A stretch of DNA of 61,895 nt, filler included. It is 6 parts of 6 records of this genome, joined end to end, with 100 filler letters (N's around TTAATTAATTAA, not from the genome) between each part and the next. Parts side by side here need not be neighbours in the genome. Positions count along the whole stretch, not along the records: positions 19,134 to 24,253 come from SRR31156797_16836; positions 24,354 to 31,308 come from SRR31156797_16849; 4 more parts are not named here. The stretch is one strand, 5' to 3'. Positions 19,814 to 28,960 of this stretch are shown here, in pieces. Under the pieces are notes generated by a model. The model searched no databases, was not told the DNA's origin, and saw only the letters and a list, made by a program, of their open reading frames with translations. The first letter of the stretch is position 1, and every line of letters starts with the position of its first letter. Both the position numbers and the translations under genes were made by a program.

Positions 19814-20269
19814 ATGAAAAATAAAAAAATAAATTTTGAAATTGAACATTTTTATCCAGGCTTTGAAATGAAGAGTTTTTTTGACTTTTTACTTGATGCT
19901 GATTGGTATTCTAAATCAGACCTTATGCAAGGGACTATGACTATTGAAAAACCTGGCGAAAACCACCCTGTTGGACTAGGTGCAATCAGAAGAACTAAAA
20001 TTGGTAAAACAGAAATTGTGGAGGAAACAGTTGGATTTAATTACCCCGATTATTTTAGCTACTTTGCACTGGAAGGAATGCCAATCGTTAAAGATTATCA
20101 AGGTGAAATCTTCTTGGAAGAAACAAACAGAGGACTTAATATCAATTATTGCGGAAGCTTTAAGCCAAAATTATTTGGAACCAATTGGCTGGTTAAGTCT
20201 CTATTTTTATCACAAATGAAAAAAGTGATTTCACTTTGGGAAGAAGGCTATAAATCTTATTACAAATAA
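19814..20269 (+). CDS. SRPBCC/polyketide cyclase-like family protein
   Basis: PVGLGAIRR, EETVGFNYPDYFSY, PIVKDYQGEI pattern; AGAGGAG RBS. Confidence 0.75.
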   Translation: MKNKKINFEIEHFYPGFEMKSFFDFLLDADWYSKSDLMQGTMTIEKPGENHPVGLGAIRRTKIGKTEIVEETVGFNYPDYFSYFALEGMPIVKDYQGEIFLEETNRGLNINYCGSFKPKLFGTNWLVKSLFLSQMKKVISLWEEGYKSYYK

Positions 20270-20295
20270 TCTAAAATTTTGAAAAGAGGTTAAAA

Positions 20296-21126
20296 ATGAA
20301 AAAGGTAATCATCGTAACAGGAGCAAGTAGCGGAATTGGAAAAGAAACGGCCTTACAATTAATAAAAGAGGGACACTCTGTCTATGGTGCAGCTCGTAGA
20401 GTGGAAAAAATGAGTGAGCTTGTTTCAGCAGGTGGAAATGCTGTCGTAATGGATGTTACCGACCACTATCAAGTTCACACCCAAATACAAAAAATCATTG
20501 AAATAGAAGGAAGAATAGATGCCTTAGTTAATAATGCGGGTTATGCAGTTTATGGCCCAATAGAAGAAATTGATTCGAAGCAAGCTAAACAACAGTTTGA
20601 TGTCAACCTGTTTGGTCTAGCTGAAGTAACTAAAGCAGTACTGCCTATCATGCGAAATCAAGGTTCTGGAACTATTGTTAACGTTACATCAATTGGAGGA
20701 AAAATATACTCTCCACTTGGAGCTTGGTATCACGCCACTAAATTTGCACTTGAAGCATGGAGTGATTGTCTTCGTTTAGAAGTAAAACAATTTGGTATAA
20801 ATGTAGCTGTTGTTGAACCGGGAATTATAAAAACCGGATTCTTTGATGCAATGGATCAGAATTTTGTCGGAGATAATAACAGTCCTTACAAAGAGATGAA
20901 ATATACTGTAGCTAAAATGTTGAAAAACACTTATAAACCCGGGAATTACAGTGAACCTATAGTTATAGCCAATGCAATTTCAAAAGCTATAAACTCTAAA
21001 AAACCAAAGACAAGATATCTGGTAGGAAAAATGGCAAGTCAGACATTACTCGCTAAAAAGCTATTGAGCGATAAAGCTTTTGATAAGATGCTTTTGGGAT
21101 TAGTCAAAAGTTATGGCAATAAATAA
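20296..21126 (+). CDS. SDR family oxidoreductase (17beta-HSD-like)
   Basis: TGASSGIG, LVNNAGY, YHATK, VEPG. Confidence 0.92.
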   Translation: MKKVIIVTGASSGIGKETALQLIKEGHSVYGAARRVEKMSELVSAGGNAVVMDVTDHYQVHTQIQKIIEIEGRIDALVNNAGYAVYGPIEEIDSKQAKQQFDVNLFGLAEVTKAVLPIMRNQGSGTIVNVTSIGGKIYSPLGAWYHATKFALEAWSDCLRLEVKQFGINVAVVEPGIIKTGFFDAMDQNFVGDNNSPYKEMKYTVAKMLKNTYKPGNYSEPIVIANAISKAINSKKPKTRYLVGKMASQTLLAKKLLSDKAFDKMLLGLVKSYGNK

Positions 21127-21157
21127 AATAACTGTTTCAAACGAGGAGGATTAAATA

Positions 21158-22111
21158 ATGGAAATTAATGAGAAATTTGGACCTAAAGGTTGGATACCGG
21201 AGCGAATTATATCTCTTAGAGGTAAAACATATGTAATTACCGGAACAACTACCGGTACCGGCTATGAAGCTGCAAAAGTGTTCTTGTCTAAAGGGGCTAA
21301 AGTTGTAATGCTTAATCGTAACGGCAATAAAACAGCTGCTGCAATTACGAAATTAAAAAAAGAGTTAGGCAGTCATATTGATGTAAGTTTTATCCATATG
21401 GATTTGTCGATGCAAGATTCTGTGCGAAAAGCAGCAGAGGAAGTATTAGAAAAAGTGCCTAAAATTGATGCATTAATATGCAATGCAGCGATTGCTCAAC
21501 TTGCTAAACGAGAGTTTACTATAGAAGGATATGAATGTCATTTTGGCACGAATCATTATGGTCATTTCATACTATGCGGATTACTATTTGATAGAATCGA
21601 GCAATCAAAAGGACGAATTGTAGTTGTAGGAAGTTTAGCATATAAACAAGGGCTTAAAAAGATTCAATTTGAAGATCTTAACCTTGATAAAAACTATACT
21701 CCTTGGGATGCCTATGCTCATAGTAAACTAGCTCAGATGATGTTTGGTTATGAATTACAAAGAAGAGTTCAATCTTCAAATAGAAATGTAGAGGTTCATG
21801 TTTGTCATCCCGGTGCATCAAGAACGGATTTAATTAAAGGGGAAAATGTTAGTTTATTCATGAAAACTCTTTGGAATCTATTCTTTGCCCCTGTTATTGC
21901 ACAACCAGCAGAAAATGGTTCTTATCCAGAGATTATGTGTGCTACAGAAAATGGACTGGAACCTCAAAAACTTTATGGACCTACAAAAAGAGCTGAGATG
22001 GTTGGTCCGGTAGGTCAAGGAACTATAGAGAATCTTGTATTAGATCAGGAAGTAGCAGATAAACTGTGGACTCTGTCAGAGCAGAATACCAACTTAAACT
22101 GGTCACTGTAG
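21158..22111 (+). CDS. SDR family oxidoreductase (retinol dehydrogenase-like)
   Basis: TGTTTGTG, LICNAA, FGTNHYGHF, YAHSK, CHPG. Confidence 0.9.
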   Translation: MEINEKFGPKGWIPERIISLRGKTYVITGTTTGTGYEAAKVFLSKGAKVVMLNRNGNKTAAAITKLKKELGSHIDVSFIHMDLSMQDSVRKAAEEVLEKVPKIDALICNAAIAQLAKREFTIEGYECHFGTNHYGHFILCGLLFDRIEQSKGRIVVVGSLAYKQGLKKIQFEDLNLDKNYTPWDAYAHSKLAQMMFGYELQRRVQSSNRNVEVHVCHPGASRTDLIKGENVSLFMKTLWNLFFAPVIAQPAENGSYPEIMCATENGLEPQKLYGPTKRAEMVGPVGQGTIENLVLDQEVADKLWTLSEQNTNLNWSL

Positions 22112-22148
22112 TTTGAATATTATCATAAAATTATAAAAAAATTAGGAG

Positions 22149-22763
22149 ATGATTGATTTGAAAAAAATATTTACATTGTTCTTTTGTTTATTAATGCTTA
22201 ATACAACTTTTGCAACTGAGTGGAAAAAAGAACTTGTTGATGATGGAAATATTATTGTAAACAGTAGAGTTTTTAAGGAAAAAGATAGTAAGGGTAAGAA
22301 GCGACAAGTTTTGGAGTATAACGCTGAAATGATTACTGAAGCTCCGTATGAACAGGTCATTAACACACTTCTTGATATCTCTAAGCATAAAAACTTCTTA
22401 GATGGAGCAAAAAAAACTAAAGCTCTAAATGCAAATAATGATGAAACACTTGTTTATTACTATTTTAACGCTCCATGGCCAATGTCTGATTCTGATTTGG
22501 TTGCTGACATGATGTATGAGAGAAGTGATCAAAGATTTGAAATGAAACTAAGTAGTAATCCTAAGGGAGCGAAAAAAAAGAAAGTTGACAGAATGAAACT
22601 ATATGAAGCTAAATATATTGTGCAAAAAAGTGATGTTGGTACTTTAATTAAAATAGATTACAGGCTTGCACCAACTTCAACAGCACCTAAATTTTTGGTT
22701 AATACTTGGTTTCCAAAAGGCCCGGCTGGCATAATAAAAAGATTAGCTGATATTTCTAAATAG
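22149..22763 (+). CDS. Secreted START-domain lipid-binding protein
   Basis: Signal peptide, W..E..D.NI.V, YYYFNAPWPMSDSD, P...P.FLVN. Confidence 0.75.
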   Translation: MIDLKKIFTLFFCLLMLNTTFATEWKKELVDDGNIIVNSRVFKEKDSKGKKRQVLEYNAEMITEAPYEQVINTLLDISKHKNFLDGAKKTKALNANNDETLVYYYFNAPWPMSDSDLVADMMYERSDQRFEMKLSSNPKGAKKKKVDRMKLYEAKYIVQKSDVGTLIKIDYRLAPTSTAPKFLVNTWFPKGPAGIIKRLADISK

Positions 22764-22810
22764 AGTATTTATTTCGAGAAAAAAACAAAATATATAGGAG
22801 GTTATCAAAA

Positions 22811-22933
22811 TTGAAAAGAAAAATAGTAAACACAGTTCTTATTCTAGGTTTAATGGCAGCAATGCTTAGTTTGCAAGGGTGCATGAAAGTAATTAGAAAA
22901 GAGAGAGTTGTTGTAAATACACAGATGAGATAA
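22811..22933 (+). CDS. 40-aa small lipoprotein, or truncated lipoprotein gene
   Basis: AGGAGG RBS, TTG start, MKRKIVNTVLILGLMAAMLSLQGC lipobox then 16 residues. Confidence 0.55.
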   Translation: MKRKIVNTVLILGLMAAMLSLQGCMKVIRKERVVVNTQMR

Positions 22934-22962
22934 TTATCAGTTGATAAAATAAAAAAATATGA

Positions 22963-24012
22963 GTGAGGATAATGATTAAAAAAAGTAACAATTTAAAAGC
23001 AGCACACTTACTATTGGGAGATAAGAATTTTAATTTAGATTGTACGTCAGATAAGGTTAAAACAAAACCATATACTTGCATAGATGATGATATTCCAGTA
23101 GCAAGATTTAGAGGAACATCTATCAAATTAGAAAACAGTATAATTAAAATTAAGGGATGGCAAAGAAATGTTTCTAGATTGCAAAAAATGGATGTATCTT
23201 TTCCTACAATAATTAACTTAGAACTTGATTTAAACGGAGTCATAAAGAGTATTAATTTAGATTCTGGTTTTAAAGGCAGTCGAGGATTATTATGTCATCA
23301 AAATTATCTTGATAATAATCTCAGTAAGCGTTTAATTAATAAAAAGTTAAATAATAAAATACTAAAAAAAATTCAAGTTAATGAGCTTCACTGCTTTCAT
23401 TTGTCAGAGGTTTTACTTGGAGCAATATCTCTATATGATTTTTATAAAGAGATGAAATCAGATGAAATTCTAGAAGAGGAAGTTACTGATAGTTATATAT
23501 CAGGAGAGGATTTTATTGCTTCAGGAAAACAATTTATTAGTGAAATAGATGAAGAGATTAAATACCAGATTGTCTATAAAAATGCTCTTAATATTTTTGA
23601 GTATAATGAGAATGGAACTATCTATTCAAATGAGGATTTTAAAGTAGAATTTCATTTAAATGGCGAAAAACAGTTTGAAGAGATTTATAGGGGTAAAACT
23701 AACAGGAGATTTTTTTATAGTATTAGTTTATTATCTAATAAAATTATTAATTCTATAAAGAGCAAATATTTCGCTTCACTGGAAAGCGAGTATCTGTTTA
23801 CAAATTTACATTATCAATCTTTATTTGGTTTATTATCTCAAGGTTTTGTAATGAAAAAATATAGTAATGATTTTGCTTATATTGTGAATTGTTTGAGTGC
23901 ATTACAAAGATCAGAAAATAAACCATATTGCATTGGTGCAGTAAATTCAAAGAAAGAAGCAGATAAATATTTTGAAGAATCTGATGTCCCAAAGATTTTT
24001 TTTAATACTTAA
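22963..24012 (+). CDS. Hypothetical protein with Cys/His motifs (DUF2889-like possible)
   Basis: 349-aa ORF; LLCHQ, LHCFHLSEVL, PYCIG; start may be ATG 22972. Confidence 0.6.
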   Translation: MRIMIKKSNNLKAAHLLLGDKNFNLDCTSDKVKTKPYTCIDDDIPVARFRGTSIKLENSIIKIKGWQRNVSRLQKMDVSFPTIINLELDLNGVIKSINLDSGFKGSRGLLCHQNYLDNNLSKRLINKKLNNKILKKIQVNELHCFHLSEVLLGAISLYDFYKEMKSDEILEEEVTDSYISGEDFIASGKQFISEIDEEIKYQIVYKNALNIFEYNENGTIYSNEDFKVEFHLNGEKQFEEIYRGKTNRRFFYSISLLSNKIINSIKSKYFASLESEYLFTNLHYQSLFGLLSQGFVMKKYSNDFAYIVNCLSALQRSENKPYCIGAVNSKKEADKYFEESDVPKIFFNT

Positions 24013-24051
24013 TGATATAACTATAAAAAAAACTGAACAATAAATTTATCC

Positions 24052-24082
24052 AACGACTTCTTGATTTTAAAGAAGTCGTTTT
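24052..24082. terminator. Intrinsic terminator
   Basis: AACGACTTCTT-7nt-AAGAAGTCGTT then T. Confidence 0.65.
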
Positions 24083-24253
24083 AAATTTATATAGATAAAA
24101 ATGATCTTTGGTCTCCCAGATTTTTCCATTACCAAATTCAAATAACAGATGGAAATGACTATCACAAAAACATACTTTAGTATGATGAATTTTATGCTAA
24201 AATATTATAGTATAATGAATGTAATAAATCTTGGCACATTTGAGCAAAATATG

Positions 24254-24353
24254 NNNNNNNNNNNNNNNNNNNNNNNNNNNNNNNNNNNNNNNNNNNNTTA
24301 ATTAATTAANNNNNNNNNNNNNNNNNNNNNNNNNNNNNNNNNNNNNNNNNNNN
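24254..24353. other. Artificial contig linker 3
   Basis: Same 100-nt N/TTAATTAATTAA linker. Confidence 0.98.
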
Positions 24354-24440
24354 TTAGTTTTTAGTGGATTGAGCTATAACTCTACTTCTAACATTGCCTA
24401 CCCTTTTATTTATATAGTATAGTGAATAGTAGTAAATTTT

Positions 24441-24535
24441 GTATGTTTTATACAAAAAACTTTACATACTTTCAACAAAATATGATAAAATATGTAAAAT
24501 TTTACAAAAATATGTAAAATCTTTTACATATTTTT
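24441..24535. promoter_or_regulatory. Cluster of TGTAAAA/TTTTACA inverted repeats (candidate operators)
   Basis: Perfect 14-2-14 palindrome 24506-24535, perfect TGTAAAATTTTACA 24493-24506, GTATGT..ACATAC 24441-24469. Confidence 0.6.
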
Positions 24536-24600
24536 CTAGTTTTTAACATATTGAAATTTTAACGGGAATTTTATCGTTATGTATATTAAGGTTTTATTAA

Positions 24601-25347
24601 ATGAATACTCTACAAGATACAGATGTTTTTAAATATATCTATGACAAATGGTTTACATTGCACCCAAATTCAAACCTCATTGACTTAGCCCATTCTCTTA
24701 CTATTAGTAGACAAACTATCTATAACTGGATCAATTCTAAAACTAAAATTTCTGCTACTCACAAAAATCTTATTTGTAATAAATTGCATCTTCCTAATGA
24801 AATTTGGACTACAAATGATCAAATAACTTTGAAAGACATAATAAATCAATATTTTAAAGAAAATAAAATTGTCGAAAATCTTGTTGGTGAATGGAATGTT
24901 ATAATGGTATTTCCTAAAAGATCTAATAACTATATAACTGGTTATTTAAATATATCAAAAACAGATATTGGACAATATCATGTTTATTATAATCACGATA
25001 TCTTTAATACTAATATTCATTTCAAAGGTAATATTGACAACTTAAGCGAACATTTTTTTATTACAATATATAGCGAATATAATGATGAGTATCTATCTTT
25101 CAATTTTACACAGAAATCTAATATTGATAATATTATATATTTAGGTATTTTTTGTGGTATAGATGATAATAACTTTTTACCTATTAGTGGACAACTTCTC
25201 ATCATTAAAAAACCTTATGTATATGACTTAAATGTTTTAATAGATACTTTAGATAAAAGTCCAAAACAACAGACAAAGATAACCAATAAATTATTAAATA
25301 AGTTTTCAAAGCTTCTAAAGAGTAATCTCAGACCCTTAAATAAATAA
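24601..25347 (+). CDS. HTH (XRE/Cro-like) domain protein with beta-rich C-terminal domain
   Basis: DLAHSLTISRQTIYNWIN HTH; C-terminal beta-strand pattern starting LVGEWNV. Confidence 0.65.
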   Translation: MNTLQDTDVFKYIYDKWFTLHPNSNLIDLAHSLTISRQTIYNWINSKTKISATHKNLICNKLHLPNEIWTTNDQITLKDIINQYFKENKIVENLVGEWNVIMVFPKRSNNYITGYLNISKTDIGQYHVYYNHDIFNTNIHFKGNIDNLSEHFFITIYSEYNDEYLSFNFTQKSNIDNIIYLGIFCGIDDNNFLPISGQLLIIKKPYVYDLNVLIDTLDKSPKQQTKITNKLLNKFSKLLKSNLRPLNK

Positions 25348-25490
25348 TTTTTAATTTATAAGAGATTAAGTCTCTGCATAAACTTACAATAATAAGATTA
25401 AATAAGCTGGGAAAATTGGAGCAATAATATTACAATAAAAAAGAATAGGTCAAATGAATTTTGAGATATGATAGTTTTTTATTAGATATA

Positions 25491-25613
25491 AATAGAGCTT
25501 CTGAGTCTCTACGAATACACTATCTTAATCCAATGGTAAAAGATGGTAGTTTACAACGTGCCTATCCCACAAAACCAAATCACCCAAATCAAGCCTATAA
25601 GAAAGCAAACTAA
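25491..25613 (+). pseudogene. C-terminal winged-helix remnant of a Fic / RecG-C / AlbA-type ATP-binding protein
   Basis: NRASESLRIHYLNPMVKDGSLQRAYPTKPNHPNQAYKKAN*; R..YL.P....G.L....P.KP..PNQ.Y motif; in-frame stop at 25455. Confidence 0.65.
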
Positions 25614-25619
25614 TTAAGA

Positions 25620-25652
25620 CTCCACACACACTCCACATTAAAACTCTATAAT
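25620..25652 (+). promoter_or_regulatory. cusA promoter: CTCCACA direct repeat (11-bp period) and TATAAT
   Basis: CTCCACA at 25620 and 25631; TATAAT 25647-25652; OmpR-type geometry. Confidence 0.55.
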
Positions 25653-25679
25653 TCCCATACTTTAAAATTGGGACATTAA

Positions 25680-28600
25680 ATGGTAAATAAAATTATTGAT
25701 TTTAGTATTAAAAATATCTTTCTCGTACTGTGTGCTATCTTTATAGCTTTAGGAGCATCTATTTGGGCGATCAAAAATACCTCTTTAGATGCCTTGCCTG
25801 ATCTTTCACCTCCTCAAGTAATTTTACAGGTAAAATACCCTGGGCAATCTCCTCAGATCATTGAAGATCAGGTAAGTTATCCACTTATTTCAAATCTTAT
25901 GAGCTTACCAAATATAGAAACGGTAAGAGCGATGAGTAGTTTTGAAAATGCCCTTATCTATGTGATATTTAAAGAAAGCAGTGATTTATATGATGCAAGA
26001 AATAGAATCTTGGAGCAACTCTCACAACTTGCTCCTACTTTACCACGTGAAGCACAAGTCTCTATTGGACCAGATGCTACTGGGGTAGGATGGGCTTTTC
26101 AATATATCTTAAAATCAGATACAAAATCCCTTGATGAACTTCGCACCTATCAAGACTATTATTTAAAATATGGTCTTTTAGGAGTCGATGGGGTGAGTGA
26201 AGTAGCAGCTGTTGGTGGATTTGTCAAAAATTATGAGCTAACTCTTGATCAAACAAAATTGATCCAATATGGGATCTCTTTTGCAGAGGTTTCAAAAGCT
26301 TTAAAAGCCAATAACAATGATAGTGGTGGTCGGATCATTTTAGACAATGGTTATGAAAAGATCATTGAGTCTAAAGGGTATCTACAAGATGAAAAAGATA
26401 TTGAAAATATTGTTTTAAAAACACTTAAGGGGATGCCTGTAAAATTAAGTGACCTTGGAGAGGTAAATATTGTCCCCGCTCCTAGGCGAGGGATGGCTGA
26501 TTTTAATGGGGAAGGTGAAGTTGTTGGTGGAATTGTAGTAGTTCGATTTGGAGAAAACCCTTATGATGTGATCCAAGGGGTAAAAGAGAAGATCAAAACT
26601 TTACAAAGTGAAGATGTGGAGATCATAACAGCATACGATAGAACATCACTTATTGATAAAGCAATTGATACGCTAAAAACTACTTTAGTTGAAGAGTCTA
26701 TTATCGTAATGCTTGTATCGATCATCTTTTTGTTTCATCTACGAAGTGCTTTTATTATTATCATCATTTTACCGCTCACAGTAGCTCTTACATTTTTATT
26801 GATGAAGCTTTTTGGAATCGGATCAAATATCATGTCTCTAGGAGGGATCGCTATTGCAATTGGAGCAATGGTAGATGCTACTATTGTGATGATTGAAAAC
26901 TCCCATAAGTATTTAGCAAGACTAAAAAACCCAACACCTAAAGAGCGTATAGAGGTGATTATCAACTCTTCAAAACAAGTAGGTACTCCCATATTCTTTG
27001 CCCTACTTTTAATTGTAGTTTCATTTTTACCTATTTTTGCTCTCACAGGGCAAGAGGGGAGACTTTTTACTCCACTTGCCTATACAAAAACTTTTGCTAT
27101 GATCGTTGGAGCAATTTTATCTATTACGGTCGTACCGATTCTGATGATCTTTTTTATCAAAGGGAAAATTCATGATGAAAATAAAAACCCAGTCAATCGG
27201 TTCTTTTTATTTTTCTATTCTCCACTTATCAAAATATCACTAAAAGCAAGATACCTTGTCGTAGTCTTAATCTTTGCCTCTTTATATTTTGTCTATCCAC
27301 TCTATAAAGCCCAAAAATGGGAATTTATGCCGATGATGAATGAGCAGACTTTTATGTATATGCCAGTGACTCCTTATGGGATTGGGATCGATTTAGCCAA
27401 AGAACTCACTCAAAAAACAGATAAGATTATCAAATCTTTCCCTGAAGTTGATACAGTATTTGGAAAAGCAGGTCGAGCGGATACAGCAACAGACCCAGCA
27501 CCTCTTGCGATGCTTGAGACGATCATCCAGTTTAAAGATGAATCCCAGTGGCGTGAGGGGATGACTTATGATCGACTTATGGCTATGATGGATACTGAAC
27601 TTAAAATCCCAGGACTTATCAACTCTTGGACCTATCCAATTCGTGGGCGGATAGATATGCTTTTAACAGGGATTCGAACTCCTTTGGGTTTGAAACTATA
27701 TGGAGATGACAATATTAAACTTGAACAGATAAGCTCCCAGATTGAGCAAAAGCTCAAAGCGATGCCTGAATCTCTAAGTATCTCTGCTGATAAATCAAAT
27801 AGTGGATACTATATCTCTTTAAATGTAAATCAAGAGATGCTAAGCCGTTATGGTATACAGAAAAATGATATCTTAGATGCCATAAGTATGGGAGTGGGAG
27901 GAAAGAAAGTCACAACTATGGTACAAAATCTTGAGAGATACCCTCTATCTATGAGGTTAAAAGGGATAAATCGTAACTCTTTAAGTTCTATTGCCAATAT
28001 CCATATCAAAACAAAATATGGGATGCACCCTCTGCATACTTTTGCAAGCTTTAGTTTTAAAGAGGGAGCTAGTGTAATCAAAAGTGAAAAAGGGATGAAA
28101 GTGTCGTTTGTCTATATCACACCAAAACAAGGGATTAGTACAGATGAATATGAGAAAAAAGCACAAGAGATAGTAAAAGATATCAAACTTCCTGATGGAT
28201 ACTACTATGAGTGGTCAGGACAAAGTCAATATCTTAATGCAGCTATGGAAAAACTTACATTTATTATCCCTGTAACGATACTAATCATATTTATTCTAAT
28301 CTATATGGCACTCAAAGATATCATAAACTCTATTATAGTCTTTTCAACCCTACCATTTGCACTCTTTGGAGGGCTTATCTATATAGATTATCTAGGCTTT
28401 AATATGTCTGTTGCTGTAATTGTAGGATTTTTAGCCCTACTTGGAGTGGCAGCTGAGACAGCAATCGTTATGATCATCTACTTAAAAGAAGCTCTTGATG
28501 AGAAAAAAGAGGAGGTAAAAGGAACGCTTGACTTTACACAAATACAAGATGCCATCTACACAGGAGCCGCTCTTAGACTTCGCCCAAAACTTATGACTGT

Positions 28601-28769
28601 CTTTGCGATCATCGGGGGACTAATACCTATTATGTATATAGATGGAGTGGGAAGTGAAGTGATGCAAAGGATCGCTGCTCCTATGATAGGTGGAGTGGTG
28701 AGTTCAGCAATTTTAACTCTTATAATTATTCCAGTATTGTATCTCATAAGTTTAAAATTTCAAAAATAA
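25680..28769 (+). CDS. cusA: Heavy-metal efflux RND permease, Cu(I)/Ag(I) CusA type
   Basis: LDALPDLS, GPDATGVGW, GIAIAIGAMVDA, Met triad FMYMP / DPAPLAM / RIDML, RLRPKLMT. Confidence 0.92.
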   Translation: MVNKIIDFSIKNIFLVLCAIFIALGASIWAIKNTSLDALPDLSPPQVILQVKYPGQSPQIIEDQVSYPLISNLMSLPNIETVRAMSSFENALIYVIFKESSDLYDARNRILEQLSQLAPTLPREAQVSIGPDATGVGWAFQYILKSDTKSLDELRTYQDYYLKYGLLGVDGVSEVAAVGGFVKNYELTLDQTKLIQYGISFAEVSKALKANNNDSGGRIILDNGYEKIIESKGYLQDEKDIENIVLKTLKGMPVKLSDLGEVNIVPAPRRGMADFNGEGEVVGGIVVVRFGENPYDVIQGVKEKIKTLQSEDVEIITAYDRTSLIDKAIDTLKTTLVEESIIVMLVSIIFLFHLRSAFIIIIILPLTVALTFLLMKLFGIGSNIMSLGGIAIAIGAMVDATIVMIENSHKYLARLKNPTPKERIEVIINSSKQVGTPIFFALLLIVVSFLPIFALTGQEGRLFTPLAYTKTFAMIVGAILSITVVPILMIFFIKGKIHDENKNPVNRFFLFFYSPLIKISLKARYLVVVLIFASLYFVYPLYKAQKWEFMPMMNEQTFMYMPVTPYGIGIDLAKELTQKTDKIIKSFPEVDTVFGKAGRADTATDPAPLAMLETIIQFKDESQWREGMTYDRLMAMMDTELKIPGLINSWTYPIRGRIDMLLTGIRTPLGLKLYGDDNIKLEQISSQIEQKLKAMPESLSISADKSNSGYYISLNVNQEMLSRYGIQKNDILDAISMGVGGKKVTTMVQNLERYPLSMRLKGINRNSLSSIANIHIKTKYGMHPLHTFASFSFKEGASVIKSEKGMKVSFVYITPKQGISTDEYEKKAQEIVKDIKLPDGYYYEWSGQSQYLNAAMEKLTFIIPVTILIIFILIYMALKDIINSIIVFSTLPFALFGGLIYIDYLGFNMSVAVIVGFLALLGVAAETAIVMIIYLKEALDEKKEEVKGTLDFTQIQDAIYTGAALRLRPKLMTVFAIIGGLIPIMYIDGVGSEVMQRIAAPMIGGVVSSAILTLIIIPVLYLISLKFQK

Positions 28770-28849
28770 TTGAAATAAGTTTTCAATTTAATTAGCTTTT
28801 TAGAAAAAAAAGTGTTATAATTACATTATGTAAACAATAGGAGGTGTAA

Positions 28850-28918
28850 ATGGTAAAAACAAAACTTTTAACATTGTTAATCACTCAACTAGGAGTTTGT
28901 TATACAACGAATTTGTAA
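28850..28918 (+). CDS. Candidate 22-aa peptide with its own promoter and RBS
   Basis: TGTTATAAT 28813-28821, AGGAGGT RBS, MVKTKLLTLLITQLGVCYTTNL*. Confidence 0.4.
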   Translation: MVKTKLLTLLITQLGVCYTTNL

Positions 28919-28938
28919 ATAAGAAGGTTTATTTACAA
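28913..28938. terminator. Hairpin between convergent units
   Basis: TTGTAAATAA-GAAGGT-TTATTTACAA. Confidence 0.5.
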
Positions 28939-28960
28939 CATATATGAAAGGGGAGAGAAT

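Noticed and set aside
24100..24253. RAYT/IS200 transposase remnant (minus-strand DSHFHLLFE) and a sigma54-like TTGGCAC site
   Set aside because: Too short and stop-interrupted to support; GG-GC spacing is one base short of the sigma54 consensus
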